Notes: generated by a model from the letters alone, not told the origin. DNA of 64,000 nt from Thermaceae bacterium (GCA_026984675.1 JALSRQ010000015.1:9470-73469), one strand, 5' to 3'; numbered from the stretch's first letter, positions 34,855-44,225 are shown. Translations and numbers: made by a program.

Positions 34855-35711
34855 GCGAAGACCACGGTCTTGTTCTGATCGACCAAAATCCGGTCCTCGA
34901 GGTGCCACTTCACCGCCCGGGCCAGGACCTGGCGCTCGAGGTCGCGGCCCTTCTCGATCAGGTCCCGCACCCCGTCGCGGTGGCTCACCCGCGCCACGTC
35001 CTGCTCGATGATCGGCCCGGCGTCGAGCTCGGGGGTGACGTAGTGGGCGGTGGCCCCAATGATCTTCACCCCCCGGGCGTAGGCCTGGTGGTAGGGGCGG
35101 GCGCCGGCGAAGGCGGGCAGGAACGAGTGGTGGATGTTGATGATCCGGTGGGGGAACCGCTCCACGAACGCCTCCGAGAGGATCCGCATGTAGCGGGCGA
35201 GGACCACCAGGTCGGCACGGCCCTCGAGGAGGGCGAGCATCCGGGCCTCGGCCTCGGGCATGCCGCCCGCCCCCACCGGAACGTGGTGGAAGGGCACCCC
35301 GAACTCGCGGGCGTAGGGGGCGAGGTCGGGGTGGTTGCCGATCACCATCGTCACCTCGGTGGCCAGCTCGCCCCGCCGCCAGCGCCAGAGCAGTTCGAGG
35401 AGGGCGTGGTCGGCCTTGGAAACCAGGATGGCGGTCCTCTTCACCTCGTCGGCGTAGGTGATCCGCCAGTCCATGCCGAAGGGCCGGGCCACCTCGGCGG
35501 CGAAGGCCCGCCGGAGGTCGGCGGGACCTTTTGCGATCCGGGCGGCGTCGAACTCCAGCCGCATAAAAAACCGCCCGCCCTCGGGGTCGGTCGAGTGCTG
35601 CTGCAGGTCGGTGATGTTGGCCCCGTTTCGGAATAGAAAGCCGGAGACCGCCGCCACGATCCCCGGCCGGTCGGGGCAGGAAACCAGCAACCGGGCAATC
35701 CGCGCCGCCAT
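34851..35711 (-). CDS. purU: Formyltetrahydrofolate deformylase
   Basis: N-terminal ACT domain ([20 protein letters not shown]) and formyl-transferase motif [12 protein letters not shown]. -10 TATGCT lies 7 nt upstream of ATG 35711. Confidence 0.9.
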   Translation of the reverse strand: MAARIARLLVSCPDRPGIVAAVSGFLFRNGANITDLQQHSTDPEGGRFFMRLEFDAARIAKGPADLRRAFAAEVARPFGMDWRITYADEVKRTAILVSKADHALLELLWRWRRGELATEVTMVIGNHPDLAPYAREFGVPFHHVPVGAGGMPEAEARMLALLEGRADLVVLARYMRILSEAFVERFPHRIINIHHSFLPAFAGARPYHQAYARGVKIIGATAHYVTPELDAGPIIEQDVARVSHRDGVRDLIEKGRDLERQVLARAVKWHLEDRILVDQNKTVVFA

Positions 35712-35770
35712 GCCTTCAAGCATACGGGGGCCGGCCGGCTGCTTTGGGTGCAAACTGTGGGGAGGGACAC

Positions 35771-35799
35771 TTGTCCCGCCCCCCGCTTGGGGGTATAAA
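35771..35799 (+). promoter_or_regulatory. Promoter TTGTCC-17-TATAAA upstream of the sorA-like gene
   Basis: -35 at 35771-35776 and -10 at 35794-35799. SD GGAGGTG at 35821-35827. Confidence 0.5.
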
Positions 35800-35834
35800 T
35801 GTCCCGACCGGATGGGTTAGGGAGGTGTAAGTTT

Positions 35835-37088
35835 ATGAAGGAAACCACCGTCGAAGGCATCGACCGCCGCGAGTTCATGAAGCGGGCCGGCGCCACCGCC
35901 GCCGCGCTGGGGGCGTTCCCCGCCTTCTTCCGGGCCCAGGCGCAGGGTGCCACCGCGGACCAAATCGTCAAGGGGAAGATCCCCGAGATGATCGTCCACA
36001 ACGCCAAGCTCGGGGTCATGGAGACGCCCCTCAAGATCCTGCGGAAGTACCAGCGCACCCCCAAGGAGATCCTCTACATCCGTAACCACTTCCCGGTCAC
36101 CGGGGCCGGCGCCTGGTACGCCACCACCGAGCCGATCCAGGACGACAACTGGGAGGTTCGGATCGGCGGGCTGGTGGGGCGGCCGGCCAAGATCACCGTC
36201 GGCGAGCTCAAGAAGATGAAGCTCGTCGAGGTGCCGGCGGTCCTCCAGTGCTCCGGCAACGGCCGCAGCTTCTACGCCAAGAAGGCCAAAGCCCCCGGCT
36301 CGCAGTGGAAGCACGGCGGCATGGGCAACGTGGTCTGGCGCGGGGTGCCGCTTAAGGACGTCTTCGAGGCGCTGGCGGTGGAGTTCGACGACGCCGCCCG
36401 CTACCTCACCGCCAACGGGAAGGACCGCCCGTCCACCCCCAAGGGCTCCGACTTCATCCACAGCTTCCCCCTCCACGAGGTCCTGAAAAAGGCGATCCTG
36501 GCGGTGGAGATGAACGGCGAGCCGATCCCGGCCGCCCACGGCGGCCCGGTGCGGCTCTTCATCCCCGGCTACTACGGCACCATGCAGATCAAGTGGCTCA
36601 CCGACCTCTACGTCACCGAGAAGGAAACCCCCTCGAAGTTCCAGCAGCACGCCTACCGGGTGCCCCTCTACCCGGTCGAGCCCGGCGAGATGACCCCCGC
36701 CGACTTCAACGAGTTCAACAGCCGCCCCAACTGGGGGATGAAGATCAAGACCGTGATCTTCTCGCCCCTGGACGGCGAGTCGGTGAAGGCCGGCATGGTC
36801 AAGGTCACCGGGGTCTCCTGGAACGACGGCCTGGTGCCGGTCACCGAGGTCTACGTCTCCTCCGACCGGGGCAAGAGCTGGACGCCCGCCAAGATCGTCA
36901 AGAAGGAGGGCCCCTACGCCTGGCACTTCTGGGAGGCCTACGTCGCCCTCTCCTCGGGGACCCGCGAGATCTGGGCCCGGGCGGTGGACGCCTGGGGCCG
37001 GGGCCAGCCGCTCGACGGCCTGGCCCGCTGGAATCCCAAGGGCTACGAGTGGAACGGGACCGACAAGATCTCGGTCAAGGTCGGCTAA
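35835..37088 (+). CDS. sorA: Molybdopterin sulfite oxidase/dehydrogenase family protein (SorA-like), Tat-exported
   Basis: Twin-arginine signal DRREFMKRAGATAAALGAFP. Moco-Cys motif LQCSGNGR. C-terminal dimerisation domain. Confidence 0.85.
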   Translation: MKETTVEGIDRREFMKRAGATAAALGAFPAFFRAQAQGATADQIVKGKIPEMIVHNAKLGVMETPLKILRKYQRTPKEILYIRNHFPVTGAGAWYATTEPIQDDNWEVRIGGLVGRPAKITVGELKKMKLVEVPAVLQCSGNGRSFYAKKAKAPGSQWKHGGMGNVVWRGVPLKDVFEALAVEFDDAARYLTANGKDRPSTPKGSDFIHSFPLHEVLKKAILAVEMNGEPIPAAHGGPVRLFIPGYYGTMQIKWLTDLYVTEKETPSKFQQHAYRVPLYPVEPGEMTPADFNEFNSRPNWGMKIKTVIFSPLDGESVKAGMVKVTGVSWNDGLVPVTEVYVSSDRGKSWTPAKIVKKEGPYAWHFWEAYVALSSGTREIWARAVDAWGRGQPLDGLARWNPKGYEWNGTDKISVKVG

Positions 37089-37098
37089 GCGGTTACCG

Positions 37099-37128
37099 GG
37101 GCCCCGCGCGAACGCGCGGGGCCCTTTT
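37099..37128 (+). terminator. Strong hairpin plus TTTT between sorA-like and the cytochrome c gene
   Basis: gggccccgcgcg / cgcgcggggccc (12 complementary nt, apex must open), followed by tttt. Starts 11 nt after the sorA stop. Confidence 0.6.
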
Positions 37129-37166
37129 GGGCTTCCCACGACACGTTTAGGGGGTATACCTAACCG

Positions 37167-37859
37167 ATGAGCAAGCGCACCGCGATCACCTGGTTCCTCG
37201 CCCTGGCCCTGCTGGCGGCCGGGGGGGCGTTCGCCGAGGGGCTCCCCAAGGGCCCCGGGGTCGAGCTGGTCTACGCCAAGTGCCAGACCTGCCACGACCT
37301 CCAGTACCTCTACGACTCCCAAGGGATCACCGAGAAGCAGTGGGCGGCGGTGCTCGGGGACATGAAGGAGTACGGCCTCGAGGTGACGCCCGAGGAGGAG
37401 AAGAAGATCCTCCACTACCTGGGGACCTACATGGGGCCGAACCCGCCCCCGGCGGCCCCCGCCGAGGCCAGCGCGCCCAAGGCCGAAAAGCTCGACGGGG
37501 CCAAGCTCTACGCCCAAAACTGCGCCGGCTGCCACCAGGCCCAGGGGCAGGGGGTGCCCGGGGCCTTCCCGCCCCTGGCCGGAAACCCCGAGCTCTTCAA
37601 CGACGACTACCCGGTGCTGGTGGTGCTCTTCGGGCTCCAGGGGCCGATCGAGGTAAAGGGGCAGAAGATCAACAGCGCGATGCCCCCCTTCGGGCACCTC
37701 TCCGACGCCGAGATCGCCGCCATCGTCAACGACGTCCGCAAGGCCTGGGGGAACGACGAGCTCACCCCCAAGGGCCTGAAGCCGCTCACCCCGGAGGGGG
37801 TCGCCGAACTCCGCAAGAAGGCGCTGACCCCCGCCCAGGTCCACGAGCAAAGGAAGTAG
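37167..37859 (+). CDS. sorB: Diheme c-type cytochrome (SorB-like electron acceptor)
   Basis: Signal peptide and two CxxCH motifs (CQTCH, CAGCH). Confidence 0.85.
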   Translation: MSKRTAITWFLALALLAAGGAFAEGLPKGPGVELVYAKCQTCHDLQYLYDSQGITEKQWAAVLGDMKEYGLEVTPEEEKKILHYLGTYMGPNPPPAAPAEASAPKAEKLDGAKLYAQNCAGCHQAQGQGVPGAFPPLAGNPELFNDDYPVLVVLFGLQGPIEVKGQKINSAMPPFGHLSDAEIAAIVNDVRKAWGNDELTPKGLKPLTPEGVAELRKKALTPAQVHEQRK

Positions 37860-37916
37860 CGCCCGCTCCGCCGCCCCCGGGGGCCCGGGCCCCCGGGGGC
37901 GGCCTATGATGGGGGC

Positions 37917-38678
37917 ATGGGAAACCCAACGATCGACCTCAACGCCGACGCCGGGGAGTCCTTCGGTCGCTGGACGCTCGGTCACGACGAGGAGCTCTTT
38001 CCCCTGCTCTCCTCGGTCAACCTGGCCACCGGCTTCCACGCCGGCGACCCCCGGGTGATGCTCCGCTCGGTGCAGCTTGCGAAAAAGCACGGGGTCGCGG
38101 TGGGCGCCCACCCCGGCTTCCCCGACCGGGTGGGCTTCGGCCGGCGGGACCTGGCGATCGCCCCGGAGGAGGCCTACACCGACGTGCTCTACCAGATCGG
38201 GGCGCTCTCCGCCTTTTTGAAGATCGAGGGGCTGCCCCTCCACCACGTCAAGCCCCACGGCGCCCTCTACCTCCGGATGCTCCGGGACGAGGCCCTCGCC
38301 CGGGCGGTGGCCCAGGCGGTGAAGGATTACGACCCCGGGGTTCCCCTCGTCCTCCTCGGCGGCACCCTGATGGAGGAGGCGGCCCGGGCGGTGGGCGTAA
38401 GGTACGTGCGCGAGGCCTTCCCCGACCGGGCCTACCTCTCGGACGGCCGGCTCGCCCCCCGGAGCATGGAGGGGGCGCTGATCCGAGATCCGAAGAAGGC
38501 GGCCGAGCGGGCGGTAAGGATGGTGCTCGAAGGAGAGATCGAGGCCCTGGACGGCGGTCGGGTGCGGGTCGAGGCCGAGACCCTCTGCGTCCACGGCGAC
38601 AACCCCGAGGCGGTGGCGATCGCCCGGGCGGTGCGCGAGGCGCTCCGGGAGGCGGGGGTCCAGCTCAAAGCCTTCTGA
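37917..38678 (+). CDS. pxpA: 5-oxoprolinase subunit A (LamB/YcsF family)
   Basis: IDLNADAGESFG N-terminal signature; 253 aa. Confidence 0.85.
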   Translation: MGNPTIDLNADAGESFGRWTLGHDEELFPLLSSVNLATGFHAGDPRVMLRSVQLAKKHGVAVGAHPGFPDRVGFGRRDLAIAPEEAYTDVLYQIGALSAFLKIEGLPLHHVKPHGALYLRMLRDEALARAVAQAVKDYDPGVPLVLLGGTLMEEAARAVGVRYVREAFPDRAYLSDGRLAPRSMEGALIRDPKKAAERAVRMVLEGEIEALDGGRVRVEAETLCVHGDNPEAVAIARAVREALREAGVQLKAF

Positions 38679-39573
38679 ACAGGTAGAGCCCGGCGGCCAA
38701 GAGGAACCAGAGCAACGCCGGCCAGAGGACCCGGCGCGCGCTCCAGCGGAAGGCCACCGCGAAGGTGAGCGACGAGGCGAGGAGGATCGCGGCGGCGTTC
38801 ACGAAGAGCAGGAGCAGGGCCCCCAGGGCGGCGCCCCCCTGCCGCCAGGCCATCAGCACCCCGGCGTTCACCGCCGGGGGCAGGAGGGCGATCGCCACCA
38901 TCACCCCGATCAGGGCCTCGGCCCGGCCCGAGACGAACGAGAGGGCGGCCATGGTGCCGGCCGAGAGGGCCAGCACCAAATCGGCGGGGTTGGGGGCCGA
39001 GCGGACCCGCATCGCCTCGGTGACCGACCCCGGCACCGCCCGGCCCAGGAGCCAGCCCAGGACCAGGGCCAGGCCGAAACCGAGGGCGGCGGCCAGGGCG
39101 GCCCGCTTCAAAAGCCGCGGGTCGCGCCAGCTGCTGGCGTAGGCCAGGGCCACCAGGGGGGTCATCAGGGGGGCGGTGATCATGCTGGCCACCAGCAGCA
39201 CCGGGTCGTCGCGGATCAGCCCGAAGAAGGCGACCACCGCCGAGAGCAGGGTAAGGAGGAGGTAGGCCCGGGTCGGCCGGGTGCCGGCCTCGAGGCGGGC
39301 CCCCAGCTCCTCCAGCGGGGCCCGCTCGGCCTCGCCGAGCTCGGGGTGGCTCCACTCCGGCGCCAAGAGCACCGCCAGGTCGTCGGGGGCCAGCACCATC
39401 CGCAGCCGGGCCAGGACCCGGTCGACCTTGGCGGCGGGGACCAGGGCCTCGACCAACAGGGCCTCCTGGCTGCCGACCAGCAGCTTGGCCTCCAGCCCCT
39501 CCTCCTCGAAGGCGGCCAGCACCGAGGAGAGCCGCTCGCTCTTGGTGTGGACCCGCACCAGCCGGGCGGCCAC
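38665..39573 (-). CDS. DUF389 / TIGR00341-type membrane protein
   Basis: Soluble N-terminal alpha/beta domain, then about 6 TM segments with a PPAVNAG-type motif. GTG start directly abuts the upstream stop. Confidence 0.75.
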   Translation of the reverse strand: MAARLVRVHTKSERLSSVLAAFEEEGLEAKLLVGSQEALLVEALVPAAKVDRVLARLRMVLAPDDLAVLLAPEWSHPELGEAERAPLEELGARLEAGTRPTRAYLLLTLLSAVVAFFGLIRDDPVLLVASMITAPLMTPLVALAYASSWRDPRLLKRAALAAALGFGLALVLGWLLGRAVPGSVTEAMRVRSAPNPADLVLALSAGTMAALSFVSGRAEALIGVMVAIALLPPAVNAGVLMAWRQGGAALGALLLLFVNAAAILLASSLTFAVAFRWSARRVLWPALLWFLLAAGLYLFRRL

Positions 39574-40164
39574 CTACTCCTCCAGGGCGAAGACGCAGAC
39601 GGGGTGGCCGTCGGGGATGCGCTTGAGGAGCCGGACCGGGCGGCCGAGGACCCGGGCGTAGGCCCGCGCCTCGGCCTGGCAGAGTTCGGGGAACCGCTCG
39701 GCGAGCGCAAGCCGGGGGCAGCGGCGCTGAACGATCCGCCGCCCCTGGCGTTCGGTCTGGTAATCCCCCCGGCGCAGAAGGGCGACCAGCCGCTCGACCC
39801 GCTCGCCGTCCGCTAGGCCCTCCAGGGCGGCCCTCAACCGCCCCTCCTGGGCCCGGGCCACCCGCTCGGTGAGCCCCGCCGGCCCCAGGAGCTCGCGGAG
39901 CTCCTCGAGCAGGGCGCGGCAGAGCTGGAGGTAGGGGGCCTCGAGGTCGGCCCGCCGCCAGAGCCGGCGGGGGCGGCCGGGGCCCCCGTTCGGGCGCTCC
40001 TCGTAGACCAGGAGCCCCCGCCGGTGGAGGTCCCTGAGGTGGCGCTGCACCGCCACCCGGGAGAGCCCGAGCTCGCTCGCGAGCTCGTCGGCCCCCGCCG
40101 GGGCCCGCCCCAGGCGTTCGAGGATGCGTTCCTTGGTGACCCCCAGGGGGACGGCGCTTTTCAT
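39574..40164 (-). CDS. Winged-helix transcriptional regulator (ArsR/SufR-like) with C-terminal Cys motif
   Basis: N-terminal wHTH (ERILERL...ADELASELGLSRVAVQRHLRDL). C-terminal cysteines (QRRCP, ELCQ, HPVCVF). Confidence 0.7.
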   Translation of the reverse strand: MKSAVPLGVTKERILERLGRAPAGADELASELGLSRVAVQRHLRDLHRRGLLVYEERPNGGPGRPRRLWRRADLEAPYLQLCRALLEELRELLGPAGLTERVARAQEGRLRAALEGLADGERVERLVALLRRGDYQTERQGRRIVQRRCPRLALAERFPELCQAEARAYARVLGRPVRLLKRIPDGHPVCVFALEE

Positions 40165-40221
40165 AACCCTGCCCAGCTTACGGGGCGGGCGAGGGCCGGG
40201 TTAGGAGGCGGCTCACAAAGA

Positions 40222-40251
40222 TTGCCGCGCTTCCCGGACGGCGCGTAGAAT
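40222..40251 (+). promoter_or_regulatory. Promoter TTGCCG-18-TAGAAT for the valS leader
   Basis: -35 at 40222-40227 and -10 at 40246-40251. Confidence 0.5.
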
Positions 40252-40257
40252 GGCCCC

Positions 40258-40530
40258 CACGGGCCCGGGAGGAGTAGGCCCGCTTCGCCCGACAGAGCGG
40301 GGGCGCCCCGGGCTGAGAGCGCCCCTCGGGAGGGAAGGGCCGAAGGTCGCCCGGGCGGCGTTGCGGGAGGAACGGGAGCCCCCTCCCCAGTAGAGCCCGC
40401 CGGGTGCGCCCGTGATAGCGCGAACGAGGGCGGATGGGGGCTTGTAGCCTGCCACAGGCCACCATCCGAAGCGCGGTGGTACCGCGGGGCGGCCTGCCTC
40501 GTCCGCGCGACGCGTGGAGGAGGTTTTTTG
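40258..40530 (+). promoter_or_regulatory. T-box leader (tRNA-Val-sensing riboswitch) of valS
   Basis: T-box motif GGUGGUACCGCG at 40475-40486. Antiterminator: A1 40471-76/40503-08, 7-nt bulge UGGUACC 40477-83, A2 40484-90/40496-40502. Stem I has an internal loop with AGGAGUA on the 5' side and GAAGGUCG on the 3' side, containing GUC at 40346-48. A competing terminator follows. Confidence 0.85.
40497..40529 (+). terminator. T-box terminator hairpin plus U6; the 3' arm is the valS SD
   Basis: cctcgtccgcgcgacgcgtggaggagg forms 11 bp with one G/G mismatch. tttttt follows at 40524-40529 and the ATG is at 40531. Confidence 0.75.
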
Positions 40531-43131
40531 ATGCTGGAGAAAGCCTACGACCCAAGCAAGGTGGAGCCCAAGTGGGCCGAGCGCTGGGCCGAACGCCCTT
40601 TCAGGGCCGACGCCGAAGCGGTGCTCCGGGGGGAAAAGAAGCCCTTCGTCATCGTCATGCCCCCGCCCAACGTCACCGGCGTGCTGCATATGGGCCACGC
40701 TCTCGACAACGCGATCCAGGACGCGATCATCCGCTACAAGCGGATGCGGGGCTTTGAAGCCCTCTGGGTGCCGGGCACCGACCACGCCGGCATCGCCACC
40801 CAGGTGGTGGTGGAACGGCTCCTTTTGAAGGAGGGGACCGACCGCCACCAACTGGGGCGGGAGAAGTTCTTGGAACGGGTCTGGGCCTGGAAGGAGGCCT
40901 CGGGCGGCCAGATCATCCGCCAGCTAAAACGCCTCGGGGCCAGCGCCGACTGGACCCGCGAGGCCTTCACCATGGACGAGGTTCGCAGCCGGGCGGTGCG
41001 CTACGCCTTCGTCAAGTACTACCACCAGGGCCTCGCCTACCGGGGGGAACGGCTTTTGAACTGGTGCCCGCGCTGCGAGACGACCCTCTCGGACCTCGAG
41101 GTCAACTACGAGCCCACCCCGGGCACCCTCTATCGCATCGCCTATCCCTTAGAGGACGGCGGTGCGATCGAGATCGCCACCGTCCGCCCGGAGACGATCT
41201 TCGCCGACGTGGCCATCGCGGTTCACCCCGAGGACGAGCGCTACCGGCACCTCATCGGCAAAAAGGCCCGGATCCCGCTCACCGAGATCTGGATCCCGAT
41301 CCTCGCCGACCCCGCGGTGGAGCGGGAGTTCGGTACTGGGGCGCTCAAGATCACCCCGGCCCACGACCCCACCGACTGGGAGATCGGCGCCCGCCACCGC
41401 CTCCCCGCCCCCAGCGTGATCGACCTCGAGGGCAAACTCACCGGCGAGCGGGTGCCCGAGGCCTTCCGCGGCCTCGACCGCTTCGAGGCGCGGAAGAAGG
41501 TGGTCGAGGCCTTGAGGGAGGCGGGGCACCTGGTCGGCGAGGAGCCCTACGAGATCCCCCAGCCCACCTGCGACCGCTGCGGCACCCCCATCGAGTACGC
41601 CCTCTTCCCCCAGTGGTGGCTCAAGATGCGGCCGCTTGCCGACGAGGTGATCGCCCAGCTGGAAGGGGGGGCGATCGCCTTCCACCCCGAGCGCTGGAAG
41701 CGGGTCAACCTCGAGTGGCTCAAAAACCTCAAGGACTGGAACATCAGCCGCCAGCTCTGGTGGGGCCACCGCATCCCGGCCTGGTACTGCCCCAAGGGCC
41801 ACGTCACCGTGCCCGAGCCCGAGCGGTTCCAGGAGGACCCCACCGCCTGCGCGGTCTGCGGCTCCAAGGAGCTCGAGCGCGATCCCGACGTCTTCGACAC
41901 CTGGTTCTCCTCGGCGCTCTGGCCGCTCTCGGTCTTCGGCTGGCCGGAGGCGACCGGGGACTTCCGGGCCTTCTACCCCACCCAGGCGCTGGTCACCGGC
42001 TACGACATCCTCTTCCTCTGGGTCAGCCGGATGGAGGTCTCGGGGATCCATTTCACCGGGAAGGCCCCCTTCGAAAACGTCATCCTCCACGGCCTGGTGC
42101 TCGATAAGAAGGGCCAGAAGATGTCCAAGTCGAAGGGGAACGTGGTCGACCCCCTGGTGATGGTGGAGAAGTACGGCGCCGACGCCCTGCGCTTTGGCCT
42201 CATCCACCTCGCCACCGGCGGCCAGGACATCCGCTTCGACGAGCGCTGGCTGGAGATGGGCCGCACCTTCGCCAACAAGCTGTGGAACGCCACCCGCTTC
42301 CTGCTGCTGGCGCGGGCGAACTTCCAGGGGACGACCGACGCCCCCACCCTGGCCGACCGCTGGATGGGCCACGTGCTGGCCACCAAGATCCCCGAGATCA
42401 CCGCGATGATGGAGCGCTTCGACCTGGCCCTGGCCGCCCGCGAGGTCTACCAGCTGGCCTGGGCCGAGTTCGCCGACTGGTACGTGGAGGCGGCCAAGCC
42501 GGCCCTCAAGGCCGGGAACCGGGCGACGCTTTCGGGCCTCGAGGCCGCCCTCGCCGCCCTGCTCAAGCTCCTCCACCCCTTCATGCCCTTCGTCACCAGC
42601 GAGCTCTACCGGCACCTGGCCGGCGAGGACCGCGAGCTCGCGCTCGAGGCCTGGCCCGAGCCCCCCGCCCCAGACCCCGAGGCCCACCGCCGGTTCGAGC
42701 ACCTCAAGGCGGCGGTGCGGGCGGCCCGGAGCCTGAAATCCGAGCTCGGCCTCGACCCCGCCCTGGAGGTCGAGGTGTTCCTCGAGGGCCCGGGAGCCGA
42801 GGACGTGCTCGCCGAGGCCGAGGTCTTCCGCTTCCTGGCCCGGGCCAAGCCCGCCCTGGGCACCCCCGAGCGGGCGCTCGCCGGGGTGACCCCCGGGGTC
42901 ACCGTCTACCTGGTGCCCGAGGGGCTCCTCGACCTGGCGGCCTGGAGGAAACGGCAGGAAAAACGCCTCGCCGAACTCCGGAAGAAGGCCGAGGGGGCCC
43001 GGCGCAAGCTCGCCAGCCCGGGGTTTTTGGAAAAGGCCCCGGCCGAGGTGGTGGCCTTCGAGAAAGAGCGGCTGGAGGAGGCCGAGACCCAGATCCGCCG
43101 GATCGAGGAGAACCTCCGCCGGCTGGGCTGA
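40531..43131 (+). CDS. valS: Valyl-tRNA synthetase
   Basis: HMGH (PPPNVTGVLHMGHAL) and KMSKS motifs, editing domain, C-terminal coiled coil; 866 aa. Confidence 0.97.
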   Translation: MLEKAYDPSKVEPKWAERWAERPFRADAEAVLRGEKKPFVIVMPPPNVTGVLHMGHALDNAIQDAIIRYKRMRGFEALWVPGTDHAGIATQVVVERLLLKEGTDRHQLGREKFLERVWAWKEASGGQIIRQLKRLGASADWTREAFTMDEVRSRAVRYAFVKYYHQGLAYRGERLLNWCPRCETTLSDLEVNYEPTPGTLYRIAYPLEDGGAIEIATVRPETIFADVAIAVHPEDERYRHLIGKKARIPLTEIWIPILADPAVEREFGTGALKITPAHDPTDWEIGARHRLPAPSVIDLEGKLTGERVPEAFRGLDRFEARKKVVEALREAGHLVGEEPYEIPQPTCDRCGTPIEYALFPQWWLKMRPLADEVIAQLEGGAIAFHPERWKRVNLEWLKNLKDWNISRQLWWGHRIPAWYCPKGHVTVPEPERFQEDPTACAVCGSKELERDPDVFDTWFSSALWPLSVFGWPEATGDFRAFYPTQALVTGYDILFLWVSRMEVSGIHFTGKAPFENVILHGLVLDKKGQKMSKSKGNVVDPLVMVEKYGADALRFGLIHLATGGQDIRFDERWLEMGRTFANKLWNATRFLLLARANFQGTTDAPTLADRWMGHVLATKIPEITAMMERFDLALAAREVYQLAWAEFADWYVEAAKPALKAGNRATLSGLEAALAALLKLLHPFMPFVTSELYRHLAGEDRELALEAWPEPPAPDPEAHRRFEHLKAAVRAARSLKSELGLDPALEVEVFLEGPGAEDVLAEAEVFRFLARAKPALGTPERALAGVTPGVTVYLVPEGLLDLAAWRKRQEKRLAELRKKAEGARRKLASPGFLEKAPAEVVAFEKERLEEAETQIRRIEENLRRLG

Positions 43132-43145
43132 GCCGCGGACCGCCC

Positions 43146-43170
43146 GGGGGGTGGGGCCCGCCCACCCCCC
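43146..43170 (+). terminator. Hairpin after valS (ggggggtggg-gcccg-cccacccccc)
   Basis: Perfect 10-bp stem 15 nt after the stop, with a poor T-run. Confidence 0.45.
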
Positions 43171-43175
43171 GCGTC

Positions 43176-43204
43176 TTGCCGCCCCGTCCCACGCGTGCTA
43201 GGAT
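43176..43204 (+). promoter_or_regulatory. Promoter TTGCCG-17-TAGGAT for the sugar ABC operon
   Basis: -35 at 43176-43181 and -10 at 43199-43204. SD aaggagg lies before ATG 43237. Confidence 0.5.
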
Positions 43205-43236
43205 CGAGTAGTAATAGTACGAAAAGGAGGTAAGGA

Positions 43237-44196
43237 ATGAACAAATTTATGAGAGTCGGATGGGCGGCGCTCCTGCTGTTCGGCCTCTCGGCCTTCGCCC
43301 AAGGTCGGTCCTACGTCATCGGCTACTCCATCAGCACCCTCAACAACGCCTTCTTCGTGGGTATGACCAAGGGGGTGGAAAACGGCGCCAAGAAGTACGG
43401 CGTCAAGCTGATCACCGTCAACGCCAACGGCGACGCCGGAAAGCAGGCGGCCGACGTCGAGGACCTGATCACCAAGAAGGTCGACGCGATCATCATCAAC
43501 CCCCGCGACGCCGAGGCCATCGCCCCGGCGGTGAAGAAAGCGCTGAAGGCGGGCATCCCGGTCTTCGCCCTGGACCGGGGGGTCACCGGCGTCGAGGTCA
43601 CCTCGTTCCTAGAGACCGACAACGTGGCCATGGGCCGGCTGGCCGCCGACCTGATCGCCAAGGCCATGAAGAAGAAGTACGGCAAGATCGAGGGCAAGGT
43701 GATCGAGCTGGTCGGCCTGGTGGGCACCACCGCCGCCCGCGACCGGGGCAAGGGCTTCCACGAGGGGCTGAAGAAGTACCCCGGGCTCAAGCTGGTCGCT
43801 TCCCAACCGGCCGACTTCAACCAGGAGAAGGCCTACAACGTCACCACCAACCTGGTCCTGGCCCACCCCGACGTCGACGCCATCTTCGGGCACAACGACG
43901 ACAACACGGTGGGGGCGGCCCGGGCGCTGCGGGCCATGGGCAAGCTGAAGAAGGTCGGCCAGCCCGGCCACATCTACATCGTCGGCATCGACGGCATCAA
44001 GCAGGCGCTGGACCTCATCCGCCAGGGCTACATCGACTGCACCATCTCCCAGGAACCGGTGCTGATGGGCGAGAAGGCGGTGGAGTTCGCGGTGGACTAC
44101 CTGAACGGCAAGGAGGTGCCCAAGCACTTCTACACCCCGTTCACCCCGGTAACCAAGGAGAACGTGGACCAGCGGAAGAACTGGGCGGAACAGTAG
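43237..44196 (+). CDS. Sugar ABC transporter periplasmic binding protein (ribose/monosaccharide, RbsB-like)
   Basis: Signal peptide and type I PBP fold pattern (NAFFVGM, DAIIINP, VFALDR, GHNDDN). Confidence 0.88.
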   Translation: MNKFMRVGWAALLLFGLSAFAQGRSYVIGYSISTLNNAFFVGMTKGVENGAKKYGVKLITVNANGDAGKQAADVEDLITKKVDAIIINPRDAEAIAPAVKKALKAGIPVFALDRGVTGVEVTSFLETDNVAMGRLAADLIAKAMKKKYGKIEGKVIELVGLVGTTAARDRGKGFHEGLKKYPGLKLVASQPADFNQEKAYNVTTNLVLAHPDVDAIFGHNDDNTVGAARALRAMGKLKKVGQPGHIYIVGIDGIKQALDLIRQGYIDCTISQEPVLMGEKAVEFAVDYLNGKEVPKHFYTPFTPVTKENVDQRKNWAEQ

Positions 44197-44204
44197 CCAC
44201 CTTG

Positions 44205-44225
44205 GGGGCCGGCGCCGCCGGCCCC
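44205..44225 (+). promoter_or_regulatory. Intercistronic hairpin after the binding-protein gene
   Basis: ggggccgg-cgccg-ccggcccc, an 8-bp stem between SBP stop 44196 and ATPase ATG 44238. Confidence 0.4.

Noticed and set aside
35817-38594. 925-aa minus-strand ORF spanning the sorA-like, cytochrome c and pxpA genes
   Set aside because: It is antisense to three well-supported plus-strand genes and crosses their intergenic regions. Its composition is G/P/R/E/D-rich and it has no recognisable domain.
40178-40851. Minus-strand ORFs 40178..40555 and 40213..40851 in the valS upstream region
   Set aside because: The region is fully explained by a T-box leader with conserved sequence and mutually exclusive helices. 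The ORFs are antisense, Arg/Pro/Gly-rich and run into valS.
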